This document shows, piece after piece, positions 11,331 through 25,647 of a stretch of DNA of 64,000 bases. The stretch is taken from NCBI RefSeq assembly GCF_963676685.1, contig NC_092349.1:63390924-63454923 (forward strand), written 5' to 3'. This stretch comes from Mytilus edulis. Lineage: Eukaryota. Position 1 is the first letter of the stretch. Each line of letters starts with the position of its first letter. Position numbers and translations under genes: made by a program. Below the pieces are notes generated by a model. The model was not told the origin of the DNA, searched no databases, and worked only from the letters and a program-made list of their open reading frames with translations.

Positions 11331-14300
11331 ATTCTGTGAATTTAAAAATTAAATCTTGCCCCTCCCCCTTAATTTGATGTATTGTGTTTTTAATCTAAAA
11401 TTCTTGCATGATCGTAAGAAACATGGTAAATGCATTTACCGATCAATAATTAGGGCAACACTTGATAATCTTGGTTCTTTTAGTTCATTGACAGTGTTGC
11501 TCACAGTGCTGTCTTCTTAGTTGTGTAAGACATGAATGCAGACGATTTTTCTGAGCAGACATAAAATACAATCTTCAACTTCAAGTGCTATTTTTATAAT
11601 ATTTAAAGCTCTTGGGTAACCATGAATCGGGATTTCCCCTGTGTTGTAATTTCTAAAAATAACTACTTGATGCATTGATTGGCCCAGTAAAACCACGCCT
11701 ACACTGCGGTAAAACCGGAAACAGGTGAAAATAGTGTTAACTGGACTGGTCAGAACAAAGTCAAAAAAGTTCAACCTCGACAAGGTAAGCAGTTTAGTAA
11801 ACGTTTGAAGTATTTACAACCATTGACTCGAATGTCTGGCATAATGTCATAGCATGATACACCCTGTCACAGCAAAATGAAACCGAAAGTAACTTGGCAC
11901 TTGCTGAAGTTGTCGGTTTTCCTAAAACTTTGTGTCGCAGTATCATTTTACTACATGTATATACATGGTCAGATAAAATGCTTTCGTACGTCATATGAAT
12001 TCGTACTATATGCATGCTTTTTTCAATGGAAATTAATAGATATAGGAAGATGTGATGTGAGTGCCAATGAGACAACTCTCCATCCAAATAACAATTTATA
12101 AAAGTAAACCATTATGTTAGATCAATGCACGGCCTTCAACTAAGAGCCTTGGCTCACATCGAAAAACAGACCACTTTCGAGTTTGTCCTTCACAGGAAAT
12201 ACTCGTCAATTATGCGCGCCTTTGTAACTTCATTTACCAGATAGATTGGATCGACTGTATCCCTGTATCCCTGCACTATAAATGGTCATCAAATCGGTAA
12301 AATTATCAATGTGCAAGAACTTTTTAATTGTTCGTTCATTGTGCAATGGCAATTTTATTTTACGTTCTTCCGTGCAGATACACTCCCTATTACGACCCTA
12401 ATTGTTCTGTATGTATACTTAATCACAAGGACAGCTGTGCTGAAAGACAATTTTGAGGATTCGATTTGCTGAACAATTCGTATAATATGGCTTTATAGTT
12501 TTCCAACCACACGCTCAACATTGGAACGAAAGTGACAACGCTCCTAAACGCAAGAATGATGTTCACTAAAACCAAAGTTTTTGACAGAAATGTATCGCGA
12601 CTCGAAAGATGTCTATTGTGATGTCACAATGCAATCTTAATAGTTTGAAAAATGAGCGGAGGATATATATGTGAACTCAAAATAAAAGTTATTGTCGATT
12701 ATTTAACTGTAATCATTTCTAATTAGAACTTTGACATGTCTGAAGCAGTATAATTTATGTTTCTTTTTGTTAATATTCTGTCCCTATACTATCATGAGTC
12801 ATGACTATTGTGATTTGGAGATGAATGACGATTTAATGTGTTAGAAAGTCAAGAGAGTAACAAAGGCCTTAGCGATAATAAAAGTTGGTGAATGTTGGGA
12901 TGCAAATGAGAGTTGAAGGTAGTTAGTGTCATAGAGAATGGATGTGTCTCTTTGTTAAATATGTTTATTATGTAAATTAGTTTTTAAAGCCAGTGTCTAT
13001 GAATAGCTCTATGGCAGTTATTCCTGTTTTAAATGTGTGTTCCCATTTCTTTCTTCAACAGTGTCTGAATGATGACACAATGGTCATAGCTGCACAATGT
13101 ACAGGTGTATGTAGTTTTAAAAAGAAACAAATAATTTGAAGAAAGATTTTCTGTCAAAGTTTCATTTTAGGAAATTTCAATTTTATTCCCAGTCAAGGGT
13201 TGTAACCTGTTGCCTCTAACTTGACTCTAACTGTCAGTGTAACATGTAAACGGCACTTAAAGTGGTCATCTTGTTGTCATCTGTCTATAGGTCACTGTAT
13301 TGCCTTCGACAATGACTCTATGATCATGAGGATTAGCCCATGTTGGTACTGAAGACAATTTGTCATGAGATGATATCATGAAAAAGGTCTCAAATCTGTA
13401 GTGCTTAAGGCTTAAAGGGATAATTCGCGATTTTTCACTTATCATCTTATTATGTTCATAATACCATAAAAAACATATTCACCAAGTTTTATTTTGATAT
13501 GAAATCTAATAAAGAAGAAAATTGGGAATTATTAATTTTATTTCTTGAAGCTTCCTGACTTATGTGACGTAGTTTAAGTCTTTGATGCATGCCGGGAGTG
13601 AAAATATCTCATTTAAGTGTTGTTCGTTAACAATCTAATTACGCGATTTAAAGCGCATCGACGACTTTTGGTGTAGCTATTAACCAACGAAAAATAAGTG
13701 ATAGCCATGCAACTTTTAAAATTAGATCGTGTGGATATTTTAAACGAATTTTAATAATAAAATTAATTCATACATAGAACATTTTTATGATTTGTTTTGT
13801 ACAAATACTTTAAACAAACATATGAAATTGACATGATCAATAGTGTATTAAAAATACATGTTTGTATTCTGACGTTTTTGCTTCATTACAGCAAACATTT
13901 TCACTTGCTTGTACGGTGGAAATAAAATGTGTATTGTTTTGTGACACCTAAAGAATGTTGAATGCGTAGGTTAACTCAAGGTAATTAAAAGATTAGCATT
14001 ATGTAATTCTAATCCTTTGATCCTCATTCAGTGAAATCTAGGCGTCACAGTTCACTGGCATTCAGGTGTGAACAACATAATTGTAAACGGGACTCCGACA
14101 AAATTTCAGACACATGAATGTAAAAAAAAAAATTAAAATTAATTAACGGGAATAATAAGATCGCACAATAACTGGATAGCTGTTGTATATTTTTATATTT
14201 TGCTTAAGATCACTTTTTAATGAATTATGACTTTTGATTACTTTAGTAACGATAAAACACTGAATTATTTTAATTGAAGAATTTATAAATAAAAATAGCC

Positions 14301-17300
14301 TTCTAAACACGAGTTTATGAACTAACAATTGTACTATTTCAAATAAGGATCGGCAGCCTTAAATATTTCAAACAGATCATTAACAATTGCAATTATATAT
14401 TTTAGTCCATCCAAAGTGATCTTTAATTACCTATTTAGAAATTAATGTGCTCATCAAAATATTTTAAATCTGACAACACATGAAGACTTCAGATATTTAA
14501 AAAGAAAAATGTTTAAAAAAATTGACAGGAAATTAAAGGATCTAATTGGAATGGAATCGACAAATTACGAACAGATATGCTTTTCAAGTGCGAAAAACAT
14601 CAACAAAATTTATACATAATCGGGAATATGTCCTTCTTAAAATACTCTTCGTCTCACACCGTAACTATATATAATACTTTAGCTATTTGACCAACGATGT
14701 ATAAAAAAAGACAACGAATTTAATGTCATCCTTCCCTATTTTTTAATGTAATTATAAGTCTGTTTCAACTGGCAAGAATACCACTAAAGCGGACAAGCAG
14801 TTTCTTTAAATATCTAGAGAAAAAATAAATCCCGAAATTGATTTGAAACTTTGATACTCTATAGTTTTCCCGGAAAATATTCACATCCCTCGGTATAAGT
14901 GTACTTCCAGTGGCGTATGCATTTTGGAACAATTGTGACGAAGACGAATTTCTTCCTTTTTTCGAGAACAATCTAATTGAATTATAAATGTCCATAACTT
15001 CGATGAGCCAAATAAAGTTATATATCGACCTGTGTTTAAATCTCTTCTTCTTCTCCTTCTTCGTTTGGTATACAATAATCTATCGACATTTGATGATTAC
15101 TTACTGTTGGCATACGTGGACTTTTCATTTTACAAAACTTTTACCCCAATTTACGCAAAATATATTATTCTTTCTTATGTTCTATGTATAAATGTATATA
15201 TAATTAATTTGCGCTATAGTTCCGTAACTTAGAATCCAGTCGTATATACGAATGGTCGACTAGTGCGTACCTTTTTTTAAATCAATATATTTCTGGTATG
15301 TTCCAATCTGTCCTTCACCATTGACAACGAGTATATATTACATTTTACCAAATTTACTCTTGGATTTTTTTTTTTTATTTCATCAGATCTGTTGGTTTTT
15401 TTTTGGTATTATTTATATTTTTATAAATAATTTTCTTTTAACCAGAAATGTTATTCATAAACAAGCGTATATGTTTAGTAATGACTATATATTATATCAC
15501 TTTCGGACACGCAAGATAGAGATGTATATTATACACCTAATAGTTCAAAATGGAAAGTTATAAGTTATCGGCCGTGTACACTTATCAATACACTAAGAAG
15601 TGAAACGATGCATGAATTTGCAAACTCGACAGGAAATCGCTTGAATACCTGGACGTGTCACCTCACACCCCCTACAATACCTTTGGGAGTAATACCTTTA
15701 GCCATGCGGGTGATCAGTGGAGCGAAGATCCTAATTTATTTGAATAAAGTTTATTACATAAAAGAATTATGAACTAATTAGATTGCCGAAAACAATTCAA
15801 GTTTCACGGAAGACTTATTTATGATTTGAAATTTTGACCTTTTCACTAATTCCTATATTATCAGTCTTAAAATAACAGATCATGGTTATTAAAAAAAAAA
15901 GAAAATTTTCCGTATCAAGTTAACTAGTCGGATAAAACAACCGTACGATTGACGAGATATCGACACGCAATTACGACTACATCGGGTTACTGTAGTTCTG
16001 GTCCTTAGACATATCGCGACTGCAAATCGGACAAGGTGACAAAATGGCCGACCGGAGAGAATTGATACACTAAATTTAAAATCGATGGTGATCTCTTATC
16101 TAGCAGAATAAAACTTTAATACCTATGAATTTGAGCATTTTTATACAGAATAAACATAATATCAATTTTTGATTTTTTTGCGAAGTTTCCCTTTAATGCT
16201 TAAGGCTTAATTGGGTATAAATTTGTTCTGTTGATGTTTTGAGAAATCTAAGATAGGGTTTGAAGATAACTGGTCAAGGAATAACATATGTGAAAATCAG
16301 GCACACATCTAGGAGCTAAATTCATTTAAAACATCATTTTCATGACAACAATTAATGTGTCAGAATTGAATAAATGAGAATTGTCCTACTAGTACCACAT
16401 TAACTTCAATATAATTCACACATGTTCAGGATTGGCCTTTAATCATAATTTAATTAGGTTTTGACCTTGCAGTAAAAAAGCAATTTCAATTTCAGCAATT
16501 CTAATTATGATAAAGAAAATGCACACCCAGGTATGCATTAAAAATCAGATCTGGTGGGAGATGTTATATCATTATTGACCTTGCTGTATAAAGTTAGTTA
16601 CTACTGATATGGTCAAAACTCTGCCAACCATGATTAACATATTTTGAATATAAAATTTTTACTCATAATTTATGAATAATGACATTTCTTTTCTTAATGA
16701 AATTGTCTATATTTTTAAAGACTTCCCATATAGAACCTATGAAAACTATGCACAATCTTTCATTCAGTCAAACAATTCTCTTTACAACTGAAAATAAAAA
16801 TCTTTTCTAAAAAAGCGTCATCTTTAAAATTTATTTTGAAATAAATATGAATTAGTTATAGTTTTTTTTATATATATATATGAATTAGTTATAGTTTTTT
16901 TTTCACTGTTAACCCAGGAGAGATTTTAAGTTTTAACAGTCCTCTCCTGGGGAACTGTTTTAATTAGTTTAATCATAATTATATTCCTTCTCAAAAAAAC
17001 AAAAAAGGGATTGTACTATGTTAATGTTTATCTTATGTCAACTGAATAGTACAAAATGTTTACATTATAAAGATATTTTTTATATGGATAAAATTTTGTT
17101 GTAAACACTATTAGTTTTGACTATTATCTCAGTACTTGTAAACCAAAATCAATTTGATTACATAAACAGTAACTTGTCATAACCAGCACTAAATGAGAAA
17201 TCCAATTGACGTACATGCAAATAGGTAAGCTGGTTGTGAAATCCCCATTTCTATTTTTAGACTTTACTGTTAGAATTGCACCACAGTGCTGACTAAGGTC

Positions 17301-18785
17301 AGATATTTGTTTGAGCCAGCATTTTTATTAGGCATAAATTGGAGAGCTTTTGTGTGAGTAAATTATTTAACAAAATGTTTAGATGGTAGCTACACACATT
17401 TCTTCAACTATTTAAAGTTATAATGTAACCAAGCATGTAGCATTTGACCTACATGGATTATTTGTCAGCACTCTGGAACAAGTTACCAACTGAAAGTAAA
17501 TTTTTGTAAGTTTAGTTACTAATTTTCGACAAATTGTAGTAGGATTAAATTTAAGAAAAAAATTTGAATTGATGAACTTGAAATATTTATATTCCAACTT
17601 GATAATGCTTCAAAGTAAAATTTCTAATTTTAATAGTAGCTTAAGCTAGATTTCTCATAAAAAAAAATTACTGTGATTTTATTTTAGGCAAAATATGACT
17701 GTAAATACATTTTTTCTCAAGCTGATTAATTGCTTAAAGTTTACCACTCATCATGAAAGGTACAAAACAATTTATCTGGTAGACGGAAAATGATTTTTTT
17801 TAATACATTAATAATGCAAGGCCATGACATAGCTGATTTTACCCAATGAAATAATAGCAAATAAAGATAGCTCAAGGAATCAATTTAATACGAATGGAAA
17901 TAAAAACCTTGACTATTTCCTATTTTTTCATTCCAATTCAACATATAACATGTTTTATTTTAACAAATATAATAGGCACACCATGTATTGTCACATGGTG
18001 ATTTAAACATGATTATTATTATGTGTATGTCAAATTATAATCACTAAAATCAATATGTATATATATCCTAGTAAATAACTTGAACGCTTGGTTGGGTATA
18101 TATTGATTAGCTCGAGAAGGTCAAAGTGTACTTATTGTGAATATTATGTTTGGCTTGTATCCAACCAACCTGTAAATCCATTCATTAGCGTCAGCATTTT
18201 TTCAGGTAAGCTCTTGACATAATAAATATATATATGTATGCATAATTTTTCACACATTTTTATCAAATTAGGCAAAAGATATGATGCATTTATTTTTTCC
18301 CCTGTATTCTTAACTGAAAATTAAAGTGAGGTTCAAAATGCAGGACAAAAATTAATGCTGAATTAAGTAAAAACAAATGTAAGGTATATTTCACAATTTT
18401 TCTTTGCCTTTTAAAATTTATGACTTCTTATGGATTTTATAGGTTTAATATTAGGTATTTACATTAGATACTATCTAGGATATCATATAGATAGATAAAA
18501 TGACATATCCCACTCTTCATCTGTCATCTTCTTTTTATGTTAATGCAATAGAGCCTGGGGTTATTTAGGTCATTCAGTCCAAATATATAGTATTGGCCAA
18601 TGCATAATGTTACTTGTTGATCTCAGACTTATGTAGATTATCAAGACACTGTATATCTTAGCATTGGTGACTCTTGGAAATAAACTTTTATATTATTTTT
18701 TCTAAAAGCTACATGCATAAATTTTCATTTGTATTAAGACATCTATATTCATGAGATTTATGTTTTTATTTTATGGTAATTTGCA

Positions 18786-18915
18786 GAGAAACACACTTTT
18801 GATGCACATGATGCAGAGAGACAAAAAGTAACATAAATAATTAAGGCCGTTTATTTTCTCGTTTGAATTGTTTTACATTGTTTTTTCTGTGCCTTTTATA
18901 GCTGACTACACGGTA
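18786..18915. repeat. About 125-bp segment duplicated almost perfectly at 22784-22908 (MVP-A promoter-proximal versus intron 6)
   Basis: gcagagaaacacactttt.gtgcacatgatgcagagagacaaaaagtaacataaataattaaggccgtttattttctcgtttgaattgttttacattgttttttctgtgccttttatagctgactacacggt. One mismatch. Confidence 0.8.
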
Positions 18916-19215
18916 TGCGTTTTGCTCATTGTTGAAGGCTGTAAGGTGACCTTTAGTTGTTAATTTGTGGGTCATTTTGGTCTTGTGGAGAGTTGTCTCA
19001 TTTGCAATCATACCACATCTTCTTTTTTTTTTAAATCTGCTCAAATTTAACAAGTCACAGTTGACATGTGTTCTCTTTGAATTCATGTACAAAACAGTCC
19101 TGTCAAAGCTAAACCTAGCAGATGTTCTGAATGGTGTCACATATGACATGACAAAATGTCTAAATGATAAAATATTTTTAATTATAGATAATATTGTAAT
19201 ACATCCACCATCATC

Positions 19216-19355
19216 ATGTCCGCACCAAGGAGATCAGCCGATGAGCCTATCTACAGAATACCACCATATTACTATCTACATGTATTGGACCAAAATCTTA
19301 ACATCACAAGACTAGAGATAGGTCCACAGACCTTCATTAGACAAGACAATGAAAG
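19216..19355 (+). CDS. MVP: MVP paralog A exon 1 (start codon)
   Basis: ATG at 19216. [46 protein letters not shown] + ag|gtaagg donor. Matches the vertebrate MVP N-terminus (..[35 protein letters not shown]). Confidence 0.85.
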
Positions 19356-19741
19356 GTAAGGAATTTTTCTATAGAGTGCTTCCACGTAACAAAAGGACCA
19401 CCTACATATCTTGGACATATGTTTGATCGGAACCTTGATAATACAGAACTAGAAAAAGTTCCATAGACCTTTCTTTTTAATGTAAGGCCATGTGTAATCA
19501 CTACTAGTGTTCATTATATACAATGAACAATTCTTAATATTATTCTGCCATTTTTAATTCACAGAATGAAGAAATTGTTTATAGTTAATGAAAATTATAT
19601 TTGAAGGTTTTTTTTACATGTTTAAATAAACTCATCATAGATACAATAAATTATTATTCTTACATTTCTCTAAGCTATTATTGTAATCCAAAGGGAAAAG
19701 CTACTGTAAAACGTGTATCATATGTGCAATTTTACTTACAG

Positions 19742-19937
19742 AGTTGTATATGGACCAGAGCGTATGATCACTGTCCCCCCAAGGCATTATTGTATTATTG
19801 AAAACCCAGTACTGAAAGACAAAGAATGTAAAGTTGTCTTTGACGAAAGTGGACAGGCCAAACTTGTACATGCTGACCAGGAGATAAGATTGGCACAGGA
19901 TCCTTTCCCACTGTACCCTGGGGAAATACTAAAACAA
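19742..19937 (+). CDS. MVP: MVP paralog A exon 2
   Basis: Acceptor ttacttacag. (R)[65 protein letters not shown], donor caa|gtatga. Frame anchored to track ORF 19713..19943. Confidence 0.9.
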
Positions 19938-20710
19938 GTATGATGTACCATTATGCTACACTTTGTTTTCATGTATTACCGTATGGCACTTATTTTCGCA
20001 GGGTGTAAATTTTTGCTTATTTTCTTGGATAGAACAAAATTGTCCAAATAAATTCCTCCTATATAAAAGTTAACATGCAAATGTATTGATAAAATGGTTG
20101 AATCCACCATAACAATCACCACCAAAATATTTCGTATACCATGTATACCTTATTCAATGAAAATCGCAAAATCTGGCATAATTGCTCCATTGCAAGGGAT
20201 TTTGTAAGCATTTATCTGCTAGTCAGATGATAACATCTGCTTTTGAAATATTCACAGATATAGTTTGAATGAGATCTGAGAAAATTGACTTTTTTGAAAC
20301 TTAAATAGTCTTGGTTTCGTTACATATGCATGAGAAAATCATCCAGGAGGAAGAAAACAAAATTTGTAAAATTGAAATTGAAAAGGAAGTAATCATATGT
20401 TTACAAGGTCTTGTTTCTATCATTGTCTATCCAGTACAGGTAACATTTAAGATTTGTTATTAAATCAACATTGATCAGTAGAGTGACAAGGAAGTAAGAT
20501 GTCTTAGACGTTTTACTTGATATCACACACCTTTAAATGTCGTTCTCCAAATTATAATGACTTGTTTGATAGTTAAACTAGTATCTTCAAGGTTAACAAT
20601 GTATGATTTAAATCTTCTTTTCATTTTTTGATACTCATAATATTAGGCCTAGTTTATATAACGTGAAAAGTGTTAGCAGCAAATTTTATTATCTCCCTTT
20701 TTGTTTATAG

Positions 20711-21061
20711 GTTGTAACTCCCTTGAAAGTGGTAGCAGCCAACTCAGCCCTTCGGCTCAGAGCTATTCTAGACTTTGAAGATGACGATGAGGAAAAGAGA
20801 ACAGCTGGGGATGAGTGGCTATTTGAAGGACCAGGAACATATATCCCAAGGAAAGAGGTTGTTATTGAGGAGACTGTCAGAGCCACAGTCATTAGACCTA
20901 ACCAGGCCATTAGACTGAGGGCCAGGAAAGAGACTATTGACAGACAAGGTGTTGCTAGGGTAACTGGTGAGGAATGGCTGGTGAAGAAGACTGGAGCTTA
21001 CCTCCCAGGAGCTTATGAAGAAGTTGTGGATGTTGTCAACGCCTATGTTCTAACAGATAAG
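20711..21061 (+). CDS. MVP: MVP paralog A exon 3
   Basis: Acceptor ttgtttatag. [50 protein letters not shown]...[32 protein letters not shown], donor aag|gtaaag. Track ORF 20723..21076. Confidence 0.9.
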
Positions 21062-21414
21062 GTAAAGAGGCTGTAGAGGGTGCATAAAATGTCTTTTTGT
21101 GGAAACATGAAAGTAAAAAAATCAAATTTACAGTGAAATTATATAAGCACATTATTGTACCAGCACAAAATTTAGGTAAATTTTAATTTAGAAAAAAATA
21201 GATGGCATTTGATGTTTGTTTAGGCAAGATCCTACGATACGTTAAAAAAGGTTACTATCTATAATACATGTTATTGAGAGGAGAAAACCCTATAGAATAA
21301 AGAGTAAATCACACAAAAAATATACAGTACTCCTAATTTAATTGATCATTCTCAATATGTTTGGAGGAAATATGTATATTAAAGTTATTAAATATTTTCT
21401 TTCACATCTTGCAG

Positions 21415-21540
21415 AAAGCCCTTCATATGAGGTCATTGAGAACTTTTAAAGATGACTTTGGTGTAACAAGAAAGAATGGAGAGGAATGGCTGATCAAAAT
21501 GACAGACACAGAAACACACATACCTAATGTGTATGAAGAG
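21415..21540 (+). CDS. MVP: MVP paralog A exon 4
   Basis: Acceptor cttgcag. KALHMRSLRTFKDDFGVTRKNGEEWLIKMTDTETHIPNVYEE, donor gag|gtatgt. Track ORF 21361..21573. Confidence 0.9.
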
Positions 21541-22013
21541 GTATGTATCTCTATGGTGTATAATAACAGATAATGAGGCTACAGCCATATGTTCTATGTG
21601 TCAGATCAATATTACCCTACTGTATATGTACATACCAGTAAATCTTATGTTTCCCATTACTGAAAACCAGCTGGTAATCTGGAACCATTTATACTTTTGC
21701 ATTACAAAATGATCGGGAAAAGTGTCAATCTTATGCAAAGTTTTATAGAAAATGTAATTATAGATTGTACAAAATTGTCTGAAAAAGACTTATCCTTAAA
21801 AACTATCTCTGAAAAAAATTGGTAACCTTTTTCCTTGTTTTAATCTCTAGAACCTCAGTTGATTGCACAGGGATCATTTTCGATAACCATGATTGACAAA
21901 TGATTTACCTTAATTTTAAATACCGGTAAGGAACATTAAAAGTCATTTATTTATGGAATGATACCAATGTCTAGCTTCTGACTTTAATGTACACAACTTT
22001 ATTTTTTCCTCAG

Positions 22014-22124
22014 GTTGTTGGAGTTGTGAATATTACCACATTAACCAGCAGACAATACTGTATTATCCTTGATCCTTCAGATGAGCATGGCAGACCACAA
22101 CTTGGTAGAAAGAAATTAGTCAAG
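22014..22124 (+). CDS. MVP: MVP paralog A exon 5
   Basis: Acceptor ttttttcctcag. [37 protein letters not shown], donor aag|gtatgg. 111 nt, phase 0. Confidence 0.85.
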
Positions 22125-22325
22125 GTATGGTGAAAATTTGTTTCAAGGGAATTTACCCCTTTATTTATTCTATTATCATGATTATAATACAATATTCAAT
22201 GTCAATTTTTACTTAACTGTGGGAACTGTGAAAATAATGCAAACTTGGTGTGTACTTCAAAATTAGAAAGAAAGAAATATTTGGTACATGTAGCAGTATT
22301 ACTAATTTCAATGTATTTTTGGTAG

Positions 22326-22451
22326 GGTGAGTGTTCCTTCTTTTTGTTACCTGGAGAACGATTTGAGAGAGGAATCCAGAATGTCTATGTACTGGGAGAA
22401 GATGAAGGAGTTATACTCAGAGCTACAGAATCATTCAAAGATACAGATGCT
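22326..22451 (+). CDS. MVP: MVP paralog A exon 6
   Basis: Acceptor tttttggtag. [42 protein letters not shown], donor gct|gtaagt. 126 nt. Confidence 0.85.
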
Positions 22452-25400
22452 GTAAGTTTTTTGCCTATTTGAAAAAAAAAATCTGGAAAGACATAAATTG
22501 ATATTCGTGTCTTGGTCGTATAAGCCTCCTAGGTAGCTGGAATATATTTAACAAAGATTACAGCTGTGTCTGCCCATCTAACAGGGTATAAGTCAGCTTT
22601 GTATGATACAGTTTGTCAGTTACTTGTAGATAGAAGGTTGGTTTTATCAGGTCACTGCATTTCCCTCAATAAAACATAAATTTCCTAAAAAGCATGACTA
22701 TGATGACTACAAAAAACAAAACAAAGAAAAAAATCAAAAAAGAGACTGAATTTCATGTTTATTTCTCATTCAATTGCAGAGAAACACACTTTTGGTGCAC
22801 ATGATGCAGAGAGACAAAAAGTAACATAAATAATTAAGGCCGTTTATTTTCTCGTTTGAATTGTTTTACATTGTTTTTTCTGTGCCTTTTATAGCTGACT
22901 ACACGGTCAATTCATTTTTGCATCATGTGTCTTGATGTTGACTATTTCTATATTTCTTGCATGCTCTCTGAATATTATCATGATTGTTGAATAAAAAGGT
23001 CTTGAATTTGAAACAACTTTGAAATAATTTCAAAAGCACTTATTTATTAATGATGGGAATCTGGTTTGGTTTGTAATTCAAAGAAATAGCATTGAAAGAA
23101 GACAACAAGACAAACTAATGCTAAAATAAAAAAAAATAAAAACAAGCCTTGACTATAATAGTTACGCCTTTTTATACGATCACAAAAATTGAAATTGTTT
23201 TGGTCATATATTGGTATGACGTTGGCATTGTCGTCGTCATTGTCGTCATCGTCCGAAGACATTTGGTTTTTGCACTATAACTGTAGTGTTAGATAGAAAT
23301 CTATGAAATTTAAACACAAGGTTTATGACCATAAATGGAAGGTTGGGATTGATTTTGGAAGTTTTGGTCCAAACAGTTTAGGAATTAGGGGCCAAAAAGG
23401 GCCTACATAAGCATTTTTCTTGGGTTTTCGCACACAATAACTAGTTTAAGTAAACAGAAATCTATGAAAATTTAACATAAGGTCTATGACCACAAAAGGA
23501 AGGTTGGGATTGATTTTGGGAGAGTTTTTGTCCCAACAGTTTAGGAATTAGGGGCAAAAAACAGGTCCCAAGTAGGCATTTTTCTTGGTTTTTGCACAAT
23601 AACTTTAGTATAAGTTAATAGAAATCTATGAAATTTTAACACAAGGGTTATGACCACAAAAGGTAAGGTTGGGATTGATTTTAGGAGTTTTGGTCCCAAC
23701 GGATTAGGGGCCACAAGGGTCCAAAATTAAACTTTGTTTAATTTCATCAAAAATGTATTATTTGGGTTCTCTGATATGCCAAATCTGACCGTGTATTCAG
23801 ATTCTTAATTGTTTGTCCTGTTTTCAAATTGGTCTACATTAAGGTCCAATGGGTTCAAAATTTAATTTAGCTTGATTTTAACAAAAATTGAATTCTTGGG
23901 GTTCTTTGATATGCTGAATCTAAACATGTACTATGGGCCCAGTTTTCAAGTTGGTCCAAATCAGGGTCCAAAATTATTATATTAAGTATTGTGCAATAGC
24001 AAAAAAAATTCAATTGCACAATATTGTGCAATAGCAAGAAATCTTCAATTGCACAGTATTGTGCAATAGCAAGAAATTTTCAATTGCACAGTATTGTGCA
24101 ATAGCAAGAAATCTTCAATTGCACAATTTTGCGCAATAGCAAGAAATTTTCAATTACAGTTTTGCGCAATAACAAGAAATATTCAATTGCACAGTATTGT
24201 CCCGTTTTCAAATTGAAACTTCAAATTAAAATAAAATGTGCATATGTTTTTATAACTAAATGGATAGTTTTCATTATATAACTTATGCACATATACTTTT
24301 TTCTGAAGAAAATTCTTTAATTTGTCCACATTTAGAAGAAGTTTACTTTTTTTTTAATTGCTTGCTTCCAGGAAGCAATTTGCGGACATATTTTCCATAT
24401 GCATAGTGACCTTAGCGTGACCCTCCTCATAAAAATCCAGTGATTGTAATTCGCATGGATTTGTCTTTAAAATAAACAATTATCTGATTGTACATGTTAA
24501 ACACAAGCTCAATACCCATGCTTTTTTGTTGTTTGTTTAATATAAGGTAACAATCGGTTAACTTCGAGCCAGCCATATTTTTTAAATCTTAACAGACAGA
24601 GAGAAAAAATTGATGATTCTACAATATATTTGCGTAAAAAATGATAAAATCGTGCACAGAAGACTTAGTTTATAATATATACATGCATTGGTTCAAGAAT
24701 TGGATAAACATTATTTTTCACTAGTCACTCGTTTCATGACTATAAGGTCCAAATGGTCAAAAATTAAACTTTGTTTGATTTCAACAAAAATTGAATATAT
24801 GGGGTTCTTCAATATGCTAAAACTAACCATGTATTTAGATTTTTAATATTTGCGCCCAGTTATCAAATTGGTCCACATTGAGGTCTGAAGGGTCTAAAAT
24901 TGAACATTATTTGTTTTTATCTAAAATTGAATTCTTGGGGTTTTATGATCTGCTGAATCTAACCATGTATTAAGATTTTGGATATTGGACCATTATAGGT
25001 AAATGTCCAATTTAAAATTTTTAACTTTTTAAGTTTAAGTTCTTAGACCACATTCATTCTGTGTCAGAAACCTATGTTGTGTCAACTATTTAATCACAAT
25101 CTAAATTCAGAGCTGTATGAAGCTTAAATGTTGTGTCCATACTTGCCCCAACTGTTCAGGGTTCAACCTCTGCGGTCGTATAAAGCTGCGCCTGCGAAGC
25201 ATCTGGTTTATAGAAGTGTTTAAATTCAGTACACTATGCAGTGAACATATATTTTTCAAAGTTATGTCAAAAGATTAGATTGTTTTGTTGTATAACATTT
25301 ATTTACTCTGCATGTTAATATTTTGTTGCATACCATAATATTAAAAGTCTGCTTATGTTAATTCTGTCTGTCTCTCTGTGACTGATTTGCCATTTCAGGA

Positions 25401-25635
25401 TCTAAGCGACTCTAAGGTATTTTTAAGCTGTTCAAACACCTAAGTAAAGTGTACATTACACCTTTGGTTGGAAATCCATTATTTTCTGGAAAAACAAATT
25501 GCATTTTTGGCATTTTTAATTTGTTTTTACCCAAAATGCATTACTGGTAGATTCTGAAATGGTAAAATGTCAAATAACATTAAAGTGTAAAGCAGAGAAG
25601 AGAAAAGGTGAATATTACCTTTTTGTTTATTTCAG

Positions 25636-25647
25636 CCTGATGAAAAA
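25636..25647 (+). CDS. MVP: MVP paralog A putative 12-nt micro-exon (PDEK)
   Basis: tttttgtttatttcag|cctgatgaaaaa|gtaagtc has a strong polypyrimidine tract, AG and a GTAAGT donor. It is phase-neutral and fills the acidic linker between ..KDTDA and [10 protein letters not shown] (compare vertebrate ..EEGEDEEK..). Not required for frame, so it could be alternative. Confidence 0.45.

Noticed and set aside
11517-12101. Three overlapping 74-97-aa ORFs
   Set aside because: They overlap one another on both strands, have no motifs, and sit next to a SINE-like copy (12040-12125). They are probably chance ORFs.
14881-15075. ORF encoding poly-Arg (RRRRRRR)
   Set aside because: It is produced by a (GAA/GAG)n-type simple repeat read in one frame.
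19170-19215. TATA-like promoter call for MVP-A (taattatagataatattg about 35 nt upstream of the ATG)
   Set aside because: This is an AT-rich genome where TATA-like strings are ubiquitous. A non-coding 5' exon further upstream cannot be excluded. Not reported as a feature.
20689-20910. Antisense ORFs mirroring MVP exons (20689..20910-, 54282..54542+, 31220..31546-, 44189..44437+, 44821..45075+, 45773..46129+, 19787..19972-) and antisense to the TRIM-like gene (37181..37426+, 37507..37848+, 37948..38322+)
   Set aside because: They overlap well-supported sense exons, have no homology and low-complexity composition, and end where the exon ends. This is typical of stop-poor antisense frames of conserved coding DNA.
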